From positions 7,440-71,439 of the forward strand of contig CAJYAN010000008.1 in NCBI GenBank assembly GCA_913064945.1: a stretch of 64,000 bases of DNA. The letters are read 5' to 3'. Source of the stretch: an uncultured Gammaproteobacteria bacterium (lineage in GTDB: Bacteria > Pseudomonadota > Gammaproteobacteria > UBA6429 > Thiohalophilaceae). Of this stretch, positions 63,759 to 64,000 are shown piece after piece. How positions within the stretch are numbered: the stretch's first letter is position 1; every line of letters begins with the position of its first letter. The notes beneath the pieces were generated by a model. The model was not told the DNA's origin and did no database searches. It was given only the letters and a program-made list of their open reading frames with translations. The position numbers were made by a program, and so were the translations under genes.

Positions 63759-64000
63759 TTAATTGGCGGCCCAGGCTAGTAACAGCCGCTCGAAATCGAT
63801 TCTATCTGTCTCATGTACCAAGCATAGCCCCATGATTAGGCCATCCTTGCCATCTCTATGTACAACAAACATACGCATACGACCGATGAATGTGCGTGAG
63901 CCAGTGGTAATCAGCGGCTCGACATTGACAACCTTAATTCGTGCTGGTAAGGGAATTTTATTAATGACCCGCAAACCCATCGGGCAAACATCGATTATGC
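63759..64000 (-). CDS. Hypothetical protein, N-terminus probably outside the window
   Basis: The frame remains open upstream of the listed Met to the window edge (...IIDVCPMGLRV...). I recognise no motif. Confidence 0.35.
   Translation of the reverse strand, partial: IIDVCPMGLRVINKIPLPARIKVVNVEPLITTGSRTFIGRMRMFVVHRDGKDGLIMGLCLVHETDRIDFERLLLAWAAN

Overview
This 64-kb window looks like ordinary chromosomal DNA. I found no rRNA, tRNA, CRISPR array, transposase, integrase, reverse transcriptase or recognisable defence gene. Gene content suggests a moderately AT-rich gammaproteobacterium, possibly a halotolerant methanotroph or chemolithotroph; that is inference only, because no marker gene is present.

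Gene order, left to right:
- An AcrAB-type RND efflux pair. The permease runs off the left edge, so it is missing from the ORF track.
- xfp-ackA-tal (phosphoketolase shunt).
- An orphan region with a DUF2934-type gene.
- A copper block: a Cys/His/Met-rich ORF, then copA and copB. CopA carries a near-perfect 45-bp tandem Met-rich repeat.
- A patatin-like lipase and zapE.
- The sucrose operon sps-spp-fructokinase-amylosucrase.
- glk-pgi and pgm.
- glgP-malQ-GH57-glgC, divergent from glgB-glgA.
- A tiny 4-Cys SAP-like ORF.
- gnd-zwf-pgl, then a second glgC.
- A Lys/Ala-rich basic protein.
- A 1.26-kb ORF-free stretch.
- cspA, infA and an Lrp-family regulator.
- A TRAP transporter, gamma-glutamyltransferase and TauE operon behind a textbook sigma-54 promoter.
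- Two paralogous secreted proteins of unknown function.
- corA, kup, a phosphoesterase with a Pho-box-like site, a PAS-GGDEF-EAL protein, and a rhomboid protease.

I do not see a clear novel system of the defence or mobile-element kind. The best candidates for a second look are:
- the sigma-54 TRAP-GGT-TauE operon;
- the paired proteins sharing a 2-Cys module;
- the GC-rich ORF-free stretch at 44.9-46.1 kb;
- the wiring of the roughly 40-kb carbohydrate neighbourhood.

All product calls rest on my reading of the translated ORFs. No database search was run.
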